37,638 nucleotides of DNA, taken from positions 1-37,638 of the forward strand of contig JBHLQH010000034.1 of NCBI GenBank assembly GCA_048884965.1, read 5' to 3'. Positions 1-8,867 of this stretch are shown here, in pieces (within the stretch, counting starts at the first letter, position 1; each line of letters opens with the position of its first letter). This DNA is from Candidatus Thorarchaeota archaeon (GTDB taxonomy: Archaea; Asgardarchaeota; Thorarchaeia; Thorarchaeales; Thorarchaeaceae). The translations under genes and the position numbers were made by a program. The notes beneath the pieces were generated by a model that worked only from the letters and a program-made list of their open reading frames with translations, was not told where the DNA came from and did not search any database.

Positions 1-25
1 GGTTCAAATCCCGTCTGGCCCGCCA
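1..25 (+). tRNA. 3' end of a tRNA gene (T-loop, T-stem 3' strand, acceptor 3' strand, encoded CCA), truncated by the window edge; possibly tRNA-Lys or tRNA-Arg
   Basis: GG-TTCAAAT-CCCGT-CTGGCCC-G-CCA: canonical T-loop, 5-nt T-stem strand, 7-nt acceptor strand, discriminator G, CCA. The implied GGGCC(A/G)G 5' end plus G73 fits archaeal Lys/Arg tRNAs; the anticodon is outside the window. Confidence 0.85.
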
Positions 26-56
26 TGTTATACTTGCGTTAGCCATATTTGCTATT

Positions 57-809
57 TCATTCTGATTTTCTGAAGATGTAAATAGCCCAGTTAATCGTGT
101 TTCGCCCCCATTTCAAGTAGATTTCTTTCGCTTTCCTGGTTCTTTCAAGTAATTCTTGATTGTCTGGATCATCTCGATGGGAATGAATGTAATCATCAAC
201 AGCCCACCACTGGAGGGTTTCATAATGGTCCCAATCATCCTTGTTGGATACAATTGTATAGATACAAGTAAGTCCCAAGTTCTCACCCAGACGTACATTC
301 TCCTCGTGTGGTCGAAAGGACTCGCGAGTCATACCAGTCAATTCGAGATATTCGGAATCCGGTTCTTGCAGCCAAAATGGCTCTCCAACGATAACAAGTC
401 CTCCTGATTTGGTCATTTTCATGAGTGCTTGGAGAGTTCCCACATGATCCTCGAAGACCCAGCTTGCTCCTAAACACATAGAAACGTCAAACAGATCTCC
501 GGAGTCGGGTTGATACATCGCTCCATCCATCTCAATGAATCTCAAATCAGTATCAGGAGTTCTCTCAGTGTGCTTTTTCTTACAATCCTCAATGCAATAT
601 GGAGAAAGATCGACTCCCACACCTGATATCTCATATTTCTCTGCCAACCTTACCAAAACCTCTCCCTTACCACACGCGATATCAAGAACTCGAGAACCAC
701 TAGGTAGATTGAGAATCTGGTAAAAACGTTCAATCTTCTCTTCGTTTAGAACATTGCATATCAAATGATGTTTATGTGTGATAGCAAAGTACTTCCATTT
801 ATCCATCAT
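57..809 (-). CDS. Class I SAM-dependent methyltransferase
   Basis: Motif I VLDIACGKGE, GVDLS, FDVSMCLGASW, KSGGLVIVGEPFW. ATG at 809 follows a GGAG RBS (the track starts at TTG 821). Confidence 0.9.
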   Translation of the reverse strand: MMDKWKYFAITHKHHLICNVLNEEKIERFYQILNLPSGSRVLDIACGKGEVLVRLAEKYEISGVGVDLSPYCIEDCKKKHTERTPDTDLRFIEMDGAMYQPDSGDLFDVSMCLGASWVFEDHVGTLQALMKMTKSGGLVIVGEPFWLQEPDSEYLELTGMTRESFRPHEENVRLGENLGLTCIYTIVSNKDDWDHYETLQWWAVDDYIHSHRDDPDNQELLERTRKAKEIYLKWGRNTINWAIYIFRKSE

Positions 810-857
810 CTCTCGCTCCAAGTATCCTAACTTCCTCCAACATTCTGAAATAGTTTG

Positions 858-882
858 GGTTCACATCCCGTCTAGCCTGCCA
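858..882 (+). repeat. Degenerate direct repeat of the tRNA 3' end (att-like site)
   Basis: GGTTCACATCCCGTCTAGCCTGCCA versus GGTTCAAATCCCGTCTGGCCCGCCA (1-25): 22/25 identical, same orientation, followed by a pyrimidine tract CTTTTCTATTCTCTCT. Confidence 0.85.
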
Positions 883-1018
883 CTTTTCTATTCTCTCTGA
901 ACCCACCATTTGGTGATTTTGAAACCTTGTTTTTCAGGAATCATAACTGAGATTCCGCTCTACACGATTATTGCTTCAATTATAGGGGTTAAAAGCTAGC
1001 ATTTCTGACATTATTGTC

Positions 1019-1759
1019 ATGGTATCGACAGACAATTATTATGTTCAAAAGAAGGACCACTGGCTGAAATTTTATCGCGACATTATGGAGAATAAAAGAG
1101 TTCAACGCTCTGTGTTTCAAAAATATCTTACTCCCGATAGAATAGTGGAACTGAAGTTGAGCATGAAACAGCGATTCGAAGAGTTGCTGCCACAAATCCC
1201 GGATTTCGGTAGAACGGAAATAAACCAATTTTCAACAGATATGATCAAGACTGCTCTCTCTTTGGCGTTTTATAGAACCCTAAAAGAAGAAGGATTTGAG
1301 CTTCACACGATTGGGCAGATGATCTTTGAGATTGGCGAGGCGTACTATGCAAGTATGAGTCCATTTGTGAAATTTATAATGCGCAGGGTTTACCTTTCTT
1401 CATCTACTCAGAAGAAGATCAGGAAGCGGATAGAAAACAGACGTCTTCCTGTTGATCCTCAGGACTCTCATTGCGCTTTTGTTGAAGGTGACCAAGAGAA
1501 TCTACTCTTTGGTATAGACTACACAAACTGTGCAGGTCTGCATTTCCTTAAACACCAGAATGCGCTAGAATTAGCTCCCTACCTTTGTTTGTGCGACTAT
1601 CCAATGTACAGGGGAATCAAAATCGGTTTCAATCGTAGCCAGAATCTTGCGATTGGTGGAACGGCGTGCATGTTTCGCTTCTATCGTACATATCCAACTG
1701 AGAGAGGCTGGCCTCCTGAAGAGGTGACTGAATACAAAGACTTCAAGTTCGAAGAATAA
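1019..1759 (+). CDS. L-2-amino-thiazoline-4-carboxylic acid hydrolase (ATC hydrolase)-like family protein
   Basis: C-terminal DYTNC...LAPYLCLCDYPMY...FNRSQNLAIGGTACMFRF pattern typical of this family. Confidence 0.8.
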   Translation: MVSTDNYYVQKKDHWLKFYRDIMENKRVQRSVFQKYLTPDRIVELKLSMKQRFEELLPQIPDFGRTEINQFSTDMIKTALSLAFYRTLKEEGFELHTIGQMIFEIGEAYYASMSPFVKFIMRRVYLSSSTQKKIRKRIENRRLPVDPQDSHCAFVEGDQENLLFGIDYTNCAGLHFLKHQNALELAPYLCLCDYPMYRGIKIGFNRSQNLAIGGTACMFRFYRTYPTERGWPPEEVTEYKDFKFEE

Positions 1760-1976
1760 GACTTGGAGGAAAGGAAGACACTAATCCAAACACCTCTATC
1801 TTCTCAGTTTGCAAGCAATCATCTCTCTCATTTTCATGTAATCCCTCCTAGTCCACCAACTTTGATTCTGAACTTCAGTCACCTTATCCATTCAACTATC
1901 GGTACCGTCATAGTACGGCAATTGACTTTTGAGTGAATATTCCAGTCATTAATCTAGACAATCTAGAGGGATTACA

Positions 1977-2807
1977 ATGTGTGATTATTGCACTAAACAC
2001 GGCGCTGGAGCACGATGGTATCAAAATGTCAGGAATTACTCGAAGGAACTAGCATCGAGCGTTCACATTCGTGATTTTTGCGAATCCTACTTCTCTAGAG
2101 ATGTTGCTGCTGGCCCTGATGGATTCACATCTATTGTGGAGAGAATCTCACAACCCTTTGAACAAGATGAGCGAGAACGCGTTGATTCCAGGTACAGGAA
2201 GTATCTTCACCATCAAGTTGTCACACTGCACGAAGCAAAGCAGGTGCTAGAGCTAGCAAGTAGACAGACAGATGAACATGAACGTACAGTTGTCCGACTC
2301 CCATGTATCTGTCGACACGTTGCATATGGAGGGGATAAAGATCTTCGTTGCTTTGGAATCGCATTTTCTGATACATACACTCGGAGGTTTCCAAGATATT
2401 TGGGTGGCAATCATCAGTATGTGAGCGCAGAAGAAGCTAGTAATCTGTTAGACGAGTGGAAACAGAAGGATACACTAGTTCATGCTGCTTCTGCATTGGG
2501 GGTTCCCTACATAGGTATGCTTTGCAACTGTGACATGCAGGTTTGTCGCCCGTATATCCATCGCCAACGTCTAGGTATCTCCTCCCCATGGTACAAAGGG
2601 CACCATGCCGCATTAGTAGAAGATACAAAATGCATAGGATGTGGAGTCTGTGAGGAGAAATGTCCTTTTCAAGTCATCAGTTTAGATCCGGAGAGATTGA
2701 TTGCAGTTGCGGACCCAGAGAAGTGTCATGGATGTGGTATCTGTGCTGATTTCTGTGAGGATAATGCGATAAGTATGGTCGAGTATCCTCGATCACTAGG
2801 GTACTAG
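1977..2807 (+). CDS. Cys-rich 4Fe-4S dicluster (ferredoxin-domain) protein
   Basis: C-terminal CIGCGVCEEKCP and CHGCGICADFC; further Cys motifs CDYC, CICR, CNCDMQVC; GAGGG RBS. Confidence 0.85.
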   Translation: MCDYCTKHGAGARWYQNVRNYSKELASSVHIRDFCESYFSRDVAAGPDGFTSIVERISQPFEQDERERVDSRYRKYLHHQVVTLHEAKQVLELASRQTDEHERTVVRLPCICRHVAYGGDKDLRCFGIAFSDTYTRRFPRYLGGNHQYVSAEEASNLLDEWKQKDTLVHAASALGVPYIGMLCNCDMQVCRPYIHRQRLGISSPWYKGHHAALVEDTKCIGCGVCEEKCPFQVISLDPERLIAVADPEKCHGCGICADFCEDNAISMVEYPRSLGY

Positions 2808-2872
2808 CCAAATCCCATCTTGCATACAATCTACGTTTTTGAATCCACTCAGGTCACAGACTGTGTCTGTTA

Positions 2873-3154
2873 CTATCTATAATGATTCTTTCGTAGGGCT
2901 TTCAGCGCTCTTCGGTTCGTTCTGAGTGGCCTTGGCGGCTGATCTATATCTGATATCCACGGTGCCACAGGACGCTCCTTTCCTTGCCAGATGCTGGTGA
3001 ATCTTGACCAGCTACTGCGCCGAAGTGAATATAGACGCTTTCGTTTTGCACTCTTCGATTTCCGATGCATTTTACCACACGCTCTCATTCGTGGGAAGCC
3101 TCTTTTACTTTCGCCTGAATGTAGTTCAACCTCAAATCCCTCTTGAATACTCAT
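2873..3154 (-). CDS. Small, very basic hypothetical protein (93 aa)
   Basis: Fills the gap right after the GNAT stop on the same strand, with GAGG upstream; Arg/Lys-rich; no recognised domain. Confidence 0.4.
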   Translation of the reverse strand: MSIQEGFEVELHSGESKRGFPRMRACGKMHRKSKSAKRKRLYSLRRSSWSRFTSIWQGKERPVAPWISDIDQPPRPLRTNRRALKALRKNHYR

Positions 3155-3168
3155 CCAATCTTGTTCCT

Positions 3169-3762
3169 CTACTTATCTTGAAATAGTATCCCCATTACAA
3201 GCAAATTGTGATATCTTCCATCTTCACCAAAGTATGCATCATGCAACACGCCCTCTATTTTGAATCCGAGCTTCGTATAGAGTGCTACTGCTGATTTGTT
3301 ATCTTCCACCACCTCAAGGCCAACTCTATGCAGTTTCTTCTTCTTTGCCAGAACTAGAAGATTTTCTGTCATCACAGTTCCCAATCCAACTCCATGGAAG
3401 TCTTGATGGATATAGATCATCATGCCTCCAATTCCTTTCTCTCTGGGACGAGTAAACTCATAGATTGCTGAGATTCCTACTAATTGCTCCTCGCATATCG
3501 CAACGATTGAGAGCCCCGATTCGGCACCACTCATCCATCGATCAATCTTTGCACTGTCATAGGGTGGATTGCTCCATCTCAATGCATCATTTGATAGAGC
3601 TGACATCATGCTCAGGAGTGAATCTCTGTCATCAGGTCTGAGTAGGCGAAGCACGACTTCTCTACCGTTTCTTAGCCTAGTAGTCTGTTCCTCCATAATC
3701 CCTTCTCTCCCAATTGGATAAACTTGGATTTTTCGGACCAAAACTTTCCCAGCTTGCTCCAT
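3169..3762 (-). CDS. GNAT family N-acetyltransferase
   Basis: Acetyl-CoA motif IHQDFHGVGLGT, NKSAVALYTKLGFKIEG; alternative start at 3696. Confidence 0.9.
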   Translation of the reverse strand: MEQAGKVLVRKIQVYPIGREGIMEEQTTRLRNGREVVLRLLRPDDRDSLLSMMSALSNDALRWSNPPYDSAKIDRWMSGAESGLSIVAICEEQLVGISAIYEFTRPREKGIGGMMIYIHQDFHGVGLGTVMTENLLVLAKKKKLHRVGLEVVEDNKSAVALYTKLGFKIEGVLHDAYFGEDGRYHNLLVMGILFQDK

Positions 3763-3773
3763 CCTAATAAGCG

Positions 3774-4748
3774 CTACTTTGCTATCCTCTGAAGACGTGA
3801 GATCACTTCTTCAGCTTCTCCCATGATCCTGTCCAATAGATCCTTGACGGTAGGTATGTCCCTGACCAAGCCTACACCCTGTCCACAGCTTACAACTCCG
3901 ATGTCGATATCTCCCTCATCGTACATCTTCTGCGCCTTTTCCCCTGAAGCAGCCTGAATCAGCTGGAAGAGTGCTGCTCCTTGGGATTCTAGCTCAAGTA
4001 CATGCTGTGCAGCCTTATTGTTCCATATTCTGTGAGTATTCCCAACAGAACGCAAAGCCAGACACGTGTCAGTTTCCGCAGCCTCGACAAAAGCCTGTTT
4101 GAGCTTATCATGGATGGGGCATTCTTGTGTGGCCATCATTCGTGTGCCCATAATCACTCCTTCAGCACCTAATGCTAGGATTGCGGCAATACCCCTACCA
4201 TCTGACACTCCACCTCCAGCAATAACAGGAACATCAAGAGCATCGACTACTGAGGGAGTCATCACCATCGTTCCAATATCCAGAACTCCAGTGGCACCTC
4301 CATTTTCATACCCAACAACAGTGACAATATCAGCTCCAAGAGAAGCGCCCTTGATTGCATATCTTACTCCTGCACATTTATGAATCCAGAGTGCCCCACT
4401 ATTCTTGAATTTCGGGACCAAATATTCAGGAGCCTTGTGACCACTTGTTTCAATGATCTTCACGCCTTCATCTAGAGTCGCATCAACATAGTCCTCTAGC
4501 TTGTCTTGAGGCATCAATGCGGGAAAGAGGTTGATGTTAACTGCAAATGGTTGATTCGTGAGGGATTGTGTCTTCTTGATCGCATCTCGAAGTGCATCTG
4601 GAGATTTGAAATTCGCACTGGCTAGCACGGCACATGAACCAGCATTACTAGCAGCTGCGACAAACTCAGGAGTAGTTATTCTCGCCATGGCACCTGTTAT
4701 GATTGGGTACTTGCATCCCAACATCTCTGTTACTCTGGTCTTTATCAT
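3774..4748 (-). CDS. Nitronate monooxygenase / FabK-like FMN-dependent oxidoreductase
   Basis: KTRVTEMLGCKYPIITGAM, PFAVNI, GYENGG, PVIAGGGVSDGRG, GAEGVIMGTR, SCGQGVGLV; GGGTGA RBS before ATG 4748. Confidence 0.9.
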   Translation of the reverse strand: MIKTRVTEMLGCKYPIITGAMARITTPEFVAAASNAGSCAVLASANFKSPDALRDAIKKTQSLTNQPFAVNINLFPALMPQDKLEDYVDATLDEGVKIIETSGHKAPEYLVPKFKNSGALWIHKCAGVRYAIKGASLGADIVTVVGYENGGATGVLDIGTMVMTPSVVDALDVPVIAGGGVSDGRGIAAILALGAEGVIMGTRMMATQECPIHDKLKQAFVEAAETDTCLALRSVGNTHRIWNNKAAQHVLELESQGAALFQLIQAASGEKAQKMYDEGDIDIGVVSCGQGVGLVRDIPTVKDLLDRIMGEAEEVISRLQRIAK

Positions 4749-5057
4749 TTGACTCACCCGCATCTCTTCACACTTGATGTGTTCTAGCAGATAAATGTCG
4801 TCATCAAATCGAGCGGCATATCAGAAGACCTTGGTATGCAAGGATCGTATTCTCCCGTGTCCTGAATCTGAAGATTAGTTGTATGTCTGTAATTGAGGAG
4901 TTAGCAACCGGAGGGCTGATCAAGTAACATGAATTCCCTTCTTCTGACATAAGAAGACCTGAACTACGCAACAAGCAGCCTATTTTTTGAAGTCAGATTC
5001 TTCGAAATTCTCTCTTATATGCATCAATCACCACTAATACGAGTGGAGGAATGTAGT

Positions 5058-5447
5058 ATGACAAATCGTCCTAGTATTCGTGTAGTATACAGCACCAAGT
5101 CGATAGGGAGTATCCGAGGACGAACAGGTCTGGAATCCGTTTGTCATAACTGCGACAGACAACTTGGCATAGTACGAGATTTTCAGAAGATTGTGGCAAT
5201 TCCTCAGGAGATTTCATCATTGATATTCTGTGTCCAGCTCGCTGCAGAAGCGCTTGATGTGGAACTTGAATTAGTGGATAGCAGTAGTATGTCAATAGTT
5301 CAGCGGCTAAAGGAGATGGTGAATGGAAAGCCGATTCCTCGTATTGAAATCGGCGAGGTATTCCTAACTGGTTTTCCAACCAAACAAGAGATAATCGATA
5401 TGTATAACACCCACGTTAAGGAACCAATCGGCCTTAGAACTTCTTGA
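5058..5447 (+). CDS. Hypothetical protein, possible thioredoxin/glutaredoxin-like fold
   Basis: GGAGG RBS before ATG 5058; CHNC motif; C-terminal IPRIEIG...GFPTKQEI resembles the cis-Pro region of Trx-fold proteins. Confidence 0.55.
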   Translation: MTNRPSIRVVYSTKSIGSIRGRTGLESVCHNCDRQLGIVRDFQKIVAIPQEISSLIFCVQLAAEALDVELELVDSSSMSIVQRLKEMVNGKPIPRIEIGEVFLTGFPTKQEIIDMYNTHVKEPIGLRTS

Positions 5448-6336
5448 TGAGCATATACTCCTTTACTCCATTAGGATAGCCATCCAGACATCCATACTCA
5501 TTGTAGCCTTGCTTTCTGAAGAAGTCTAGATTCTGGAATGTAAAGCAAGCTGTCTGTCCTGCAATGCACCCTTTTTCCTTAGCAAGCGACTCAGCAGTAG
5601 TTAGAAGGTCTTTTCCATATCCCTGGTTCTGGTACTTTTCATGAACCCAGAACGCTTCTATGTTCATGGTTCCGAGAGTAGTATATCCACGAAGTCCGCC
5701 GATGACTTGTTCTTCCTCATTCTTGATGACCATTCTGATTCCAATCTCGGGATAGATATGACGGAGATCTCCTAGCTTATCTATGCTGTCTAGTCGCATT
5801 CCTTCGTGGATTGGTCCTTCAGCTTCTTCCGGTGTCACCTTATGGACCGAAAAACGAGCTGGGTCTTTCTTCTTGGGTTCGATATCTGTTTCATCTAATC
5901 GTTTCATCAGGATGATCTCAGTAATTCCCTCAACATATCCATCATAGATGGCTTTGATCTTGTACCCTACTGCTTGGTAGAACTCAGGTCCTTGAAACGA
6001 GAAGGTGTAGGTCTGAGATACTACACATCCATTCTTCTTTGCTAGTCTTTCAGCTTCTAATAGGAGGTCTCTTCCATATCCCTGTCTTCTATATCTCGTA
6101 TCAACCCAGAATGTTTCAAGATATTGCGCCCAGTAGAGAGTGCTTGTTTGAATACCACCAACGATATTTCCTTCATGATCTTTGAGGATTAGATTTAGCC
6201 ATTCTTCTGGCTTGTTGAACTCCTCATTTGTCTGTTTCAAATTATACGATTCAAGACCCGCCTCAAAGTCCTCCAATTCTTCATTTGTCGGGTCAGTTAT
6301 AACTGAAAATCGGTCTGAATCGGCATGCAATTTCAT
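5434..6336 (-). CDS. Tandem two-domain GNAT N-acetyltransferase
   Basis: Two homologous halves: FWVDTRYRRQGYGRDLL...TFSFQGPEFYQAVGY and FWVHEKYQNQGYGKDLL...CFTFQNLDFFRKQGY. Confidence 0.9.
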   Translation of the reverse strand: MKLHADSDRFSVITDPTNEELEDFEAGLESYNLKQTNEEFNKPEEWLNLILKDHEGNIVGGIQTSTLYWAQYLETFWVDTRYRRQGYGRDLLLEAERLAKKNGCVVSQTYTFSFQGPEFYQAVGYKIKAIYDGYVEGITEIILMKRLDETDIEPKKKDPARFSVHKVTPEEAEGPIHEGMRLDSIDKLGDLRHIYPEIGIRMVIKNEEEQVIGGLRGYTTLGTMNIEAFWVHEKYQNQGYGKDLLTTAESLAKEKGCIAGQTACFTFQNLDFFRKQGYNEYGCLDGYPNGVKEYMLIKKF

Positions 6337-6496
6337 TGTACTACCTTCTTTTCTGATATCTTAGCTTGGCACTCTGTTCATCCTACTTAATATCTTACTA
6401 ACTACGCCATCTTTGCAGATACATACTCTGAGCCTATCGTAGCAACGAATAATCTGTGATATTCAATCCTTACCAAATAGAAACGATACTGAATTC

Positions 6497-7552
6497 TCAG
6501 ACGAATTTACCGTATCTGTAGAAGGTTTCTTCCCCCACTACAATCTCTCCCTCCGACATACTCTTGATCATATCCACATGAATGGCACTTTCATTGGTGC
6601 CATTGCACGCCTTGAGAGCTTTTCCTAGTGCACAGTGGATAGTATCTCCCATCTTCTCATCGAATAGCATATTCATACTGGATCTCTTAATGCCTCTATT
6701 CATCCCAATAGCGATCTCACCAAGGTGGCGTGAGCCATTATCAGTGTCAAGGATCGATTTCAGACTCCTTTCTCCTTGCTCGGCATCATAGTTCACAACT
6801 GCGCCCTTCTCAAATTCCAGTTTCACGTCCCTGATGATTCGACCTTGATACATGAAAGGAACATCAAAGAAGATCCTTCCCTCCACTGAATCCTCCAGAG
6901 GCGAGGTATACACCTCCCCACTTGGCATATTATATCTACCATCCTCAATCAGCCAGACTCTTCCAGAGGTCTTTGCATAGAGATCAGTATCAGGTCCCAG
7001 AAGGCGAATATCATCGTATTGATTGAGTCTTTCACTCAATATCTTCATCTCTCTCGCGATTTCCTTCCAATCGATGAGGATGGCCTCATACACGAAATCT
7101 CTGTACTCTTCGAGACTCATTCCTGCCTGTTGGGCGAGAATTTCACAGGGATGTAATGTGTCACACCATCTCTTGCTGAGGCTCAATTCAAAGAGTGACT
7201 CTCTTGTCCTTGCTCGTAAGGCAAGTTTCTCGGAGCTAGCTTCAGCCAGAACGTTCTCTCTTCTAGGAGCATCAATCCAGATTATCACATCACTGGCTTC
7301 GAGAGCCGCCTTGTAATGCCTTGGAAGTAGTGAGAGAGTCTCATTGTCTGCATACTTGAGATAGGTGCAAAGGGCTTCATCGCTTTCTAGTAACACAATA
7401 TAGTGGGCTTTCTTCTTGGCTATCTCTCCGGCCAAGGCGATTATCAAATCATCTGATTCCTGACCCGCACGAATCAGCACCATATCCCCTTCAGTGACTT
7501 GAGTTGACCAATTCACGATAACATCAGCATGTTGAGTGATTCTGGGATCCAT
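6497..7552 (-). CDS. Aminopeptidase, M29 (AmpS/AmpT) family
   Basis: NMPSGEVYTSP, LGEIAIG, LFDEKMGDTIHCALG, NESAIHVDMI. Confidence 0.93.
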   Translation of the reverse strand: MDPRITQHADVIVNWSTQVTEGDMVLIRAGQESDDLIIALAGEIAKKKAHYIVLLESDEALCTYLKYADNETLSLLPRHYKAALEASDVIIWIDAPRRENVLAEASSEKLALRARTRESLFELSLSKRWCDTLHPCEILAQQAGMSLEEYRDFVYEAILIDWKEIAREMKILSERLNQYDDIRLLGPDTDLYAKTSGRVWLIEDGRYNMPSGEVYTSPLEDSVEGRIFFDVPFMYQGRIIRDVKLEFEKGAVVNYDAEQGERSLKSILDTDNGSRHLGEIAIGMNRGIKRSSMNMLFDEKMGDTIHCALGKALKACNGTNESAIHVDMIKSMSEGEIVVGEETFYRYGKFV

Positions 7553-7665
7553 TTTCAGTTCGCCTACTTCTCTCATTGATACATACTTACCGAAGATGTA
7601 TTTAGACGTATACCCACCTCAAGTCTTAAGAGATATTTCAGACTTAACAATAGTAAGGTGAAAGT

Positions 7666-8142
7666 ATGACGAACAAGCTAAATGTAGGCGACAAAGCTCC
7701 AGACTTCACACTTTGGGAAGCCCCTGGAAAAAGTGTCACATTGACTGAAGAGCTCAAGAACGGTCCTGTTGTTCTTGTATTCTATCCCGGTGATTTCACA
7801 TCGGGTTGCACCAAGGAACTCTGTACCTTCAGAGATATGCTCACGGGCTTCAATGATATGGGTGCACAGGTTCTTGGGATATCGGTTGATGGCATATTCA
7901 GTCATGCAGCATTCAAGAAAGCTAATGATCTACAATTCCCCCTTCTTTCTGATTGGGAAAAGACAACCATTCGCGACTATGATATTGTATTTCCAGATCT
8001 CGCAGGGATGAAGGAAGTAGCAAAGAGATCCGTGTTTGTCGTAGATACTGATGGTACAATAGCATATATTTGGATAAGCGAAAATCCCGGAATACTACCC
8101 GCGTTCGATGAAGTCAAGCAAGCTGTAAGCAAATTAAGCTAG
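7666..8142 (+). CDS. Peroxiredoxin (AhpC/TSA; BCP/PrxQ-type CxxxxC)
   Basis: PGDFTSGCTKELC (PxxxTxxC with a second Cys five residues later), KRSVFVVD; AGGTGA RBS. Confidence 0.93.
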   Translation: MTNKLNVGDKAPDFTLWEAPGKSVTLTEELKNGPVVLVFYPGDFTSGCTKELCTFRDMLTGFNDMGAQVLGISVDGIFSHAAFKKANDLQFPLLSDWEKTTIRDYDIVFPDLAGMKEVAKRSVFVVDTDGTIAYIWISENPGILPAFDEVKQAVSKLS

Positions 8143-8149
8143 AAGAGTG

Positions 8150-8390
8150 TCACAGGGCTTTTCCAAGATAGTACTTCTTGATATCATTCGGATACCCTTC
8201 GAATACTCCAAAGACTTCATACCCGAGTTTTTGGTAGAATCCCGGTGCTTGAAAGGAGTAGCTTGAGGTCTGGCAGGAGATACAACCCTCTTCCTTGGCC
8301 ATGCGCTCTCCTTCGCGTACAAGTCTAGTGCCAATCACCATCGTTCATCTTATGAAGCAGGATATGACTAGAGGTTTCTATATCTGTCAT
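8150..8390 (-). pseudogene. Truncated/internally deleted GNAT acetyltransferase remnant
   Basis: 8150-8341 encodes only the C-terminal third of a GNAT domain (IGTRLVREGERMAKEEGC...SYSFQAPGFYQKLGYEVFG...GYP), homologous to both halves of 5434-6336. A GAGG RBS plus ATG at 8390 opens an out-of-frame 21-aa stub. Confidence 0.65.
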
Positions 8391-8450
8391 GGATATCCTC
8401 AGCACTCGTTGCAGCCTTTGCGAATGTCTATGGCATGATATCCAAGCACA

Positions 8451-8810
8451 TCATTCAGACTCTTCGTCATTCTTCTTGAGAAGTCGATAGGCTATGGCTC
8501 CTGCCGCAAGCGCTCCAACTCCAATCATGGCACCCAATACATGTGGTGCGTCTTCGACTAGGTGCTCTACTGGGTGTGTATGTGGATTACGCTTATCCTT
8601 GTGGATAATCCAGTGCTCTCCAAGGTCATAGGCATGTAGTGCCATGCATGCACATCGATACTGTCCCCTCATGCCTAGCTTTGGTTGTCCCCAGATAGAT
8701 GGTTCGAAGCAATCGGGAAGCTTTGGGAGCTGTTTCTTGGTGAACTTGATGTCCTTGTTGTAGGGAACATCCTTGAAGAATTCATGGATATCTAGCACGG
8801 CACTCACCAT
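8451..8810 (-). CDS. Conserved archaeal hypothetical protein, His-rich, with C-terminal membrane anchor
   Basis: GQYR...LHAY...HKDKRNP...PVEHLVEDAP followed by a hydrophobic helix and a charged tail. Confidence 0.75.
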   Translation of the reverse strand: MVSAVLDIHEFFKDVPYNKDIKFTKKQLPKLPDCFEPSIWGQPKLGMRGQYRCACMALHAYDLGEHWIIHKDKRNPHTHPVEHLVEDAPHVLGAMIGVGALAAGAIAYRLLKKNDEESE

Positions 8811-8867
8811 TTGATACTTCTTGACTTGGTCTGTAAGAATATAGAGTTTGAGCTTTGCACAACGGAA

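Larger units (their letters stand above)
26..882. mobile_element. Putative tRNA-integrated mini-island/cassette (857 bp) carrying one methyltransferase gene, with no integrase
   Basis: Bounded by direct repeats 1-25 and 858-882; AT-richer by eye than the housekeeping block. Confidence 0.55.

Noticed and set aside
799-909. 36-aa minus-strand ORF (MVGSERIEKW...) overlapping the methyltransferase start
   Set aside because: It runs across the antisense of the tRNA-derived repeat and has no recognisable homology; probably incidental.
4764-5057. Long spacer as possible ncRNA or 48-aa ORF
   Set aside because: No recognisable RNA motif, strong stem or convincing coding signal by eye.
7666-8142. Possible selenoprotein (peroxiredoxin), given Sec use in some Asgard lineages
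   Set aside because: The active-site codons are Cys (TGC/TGT); I saw no in-frame TGA with continued homology in the window.
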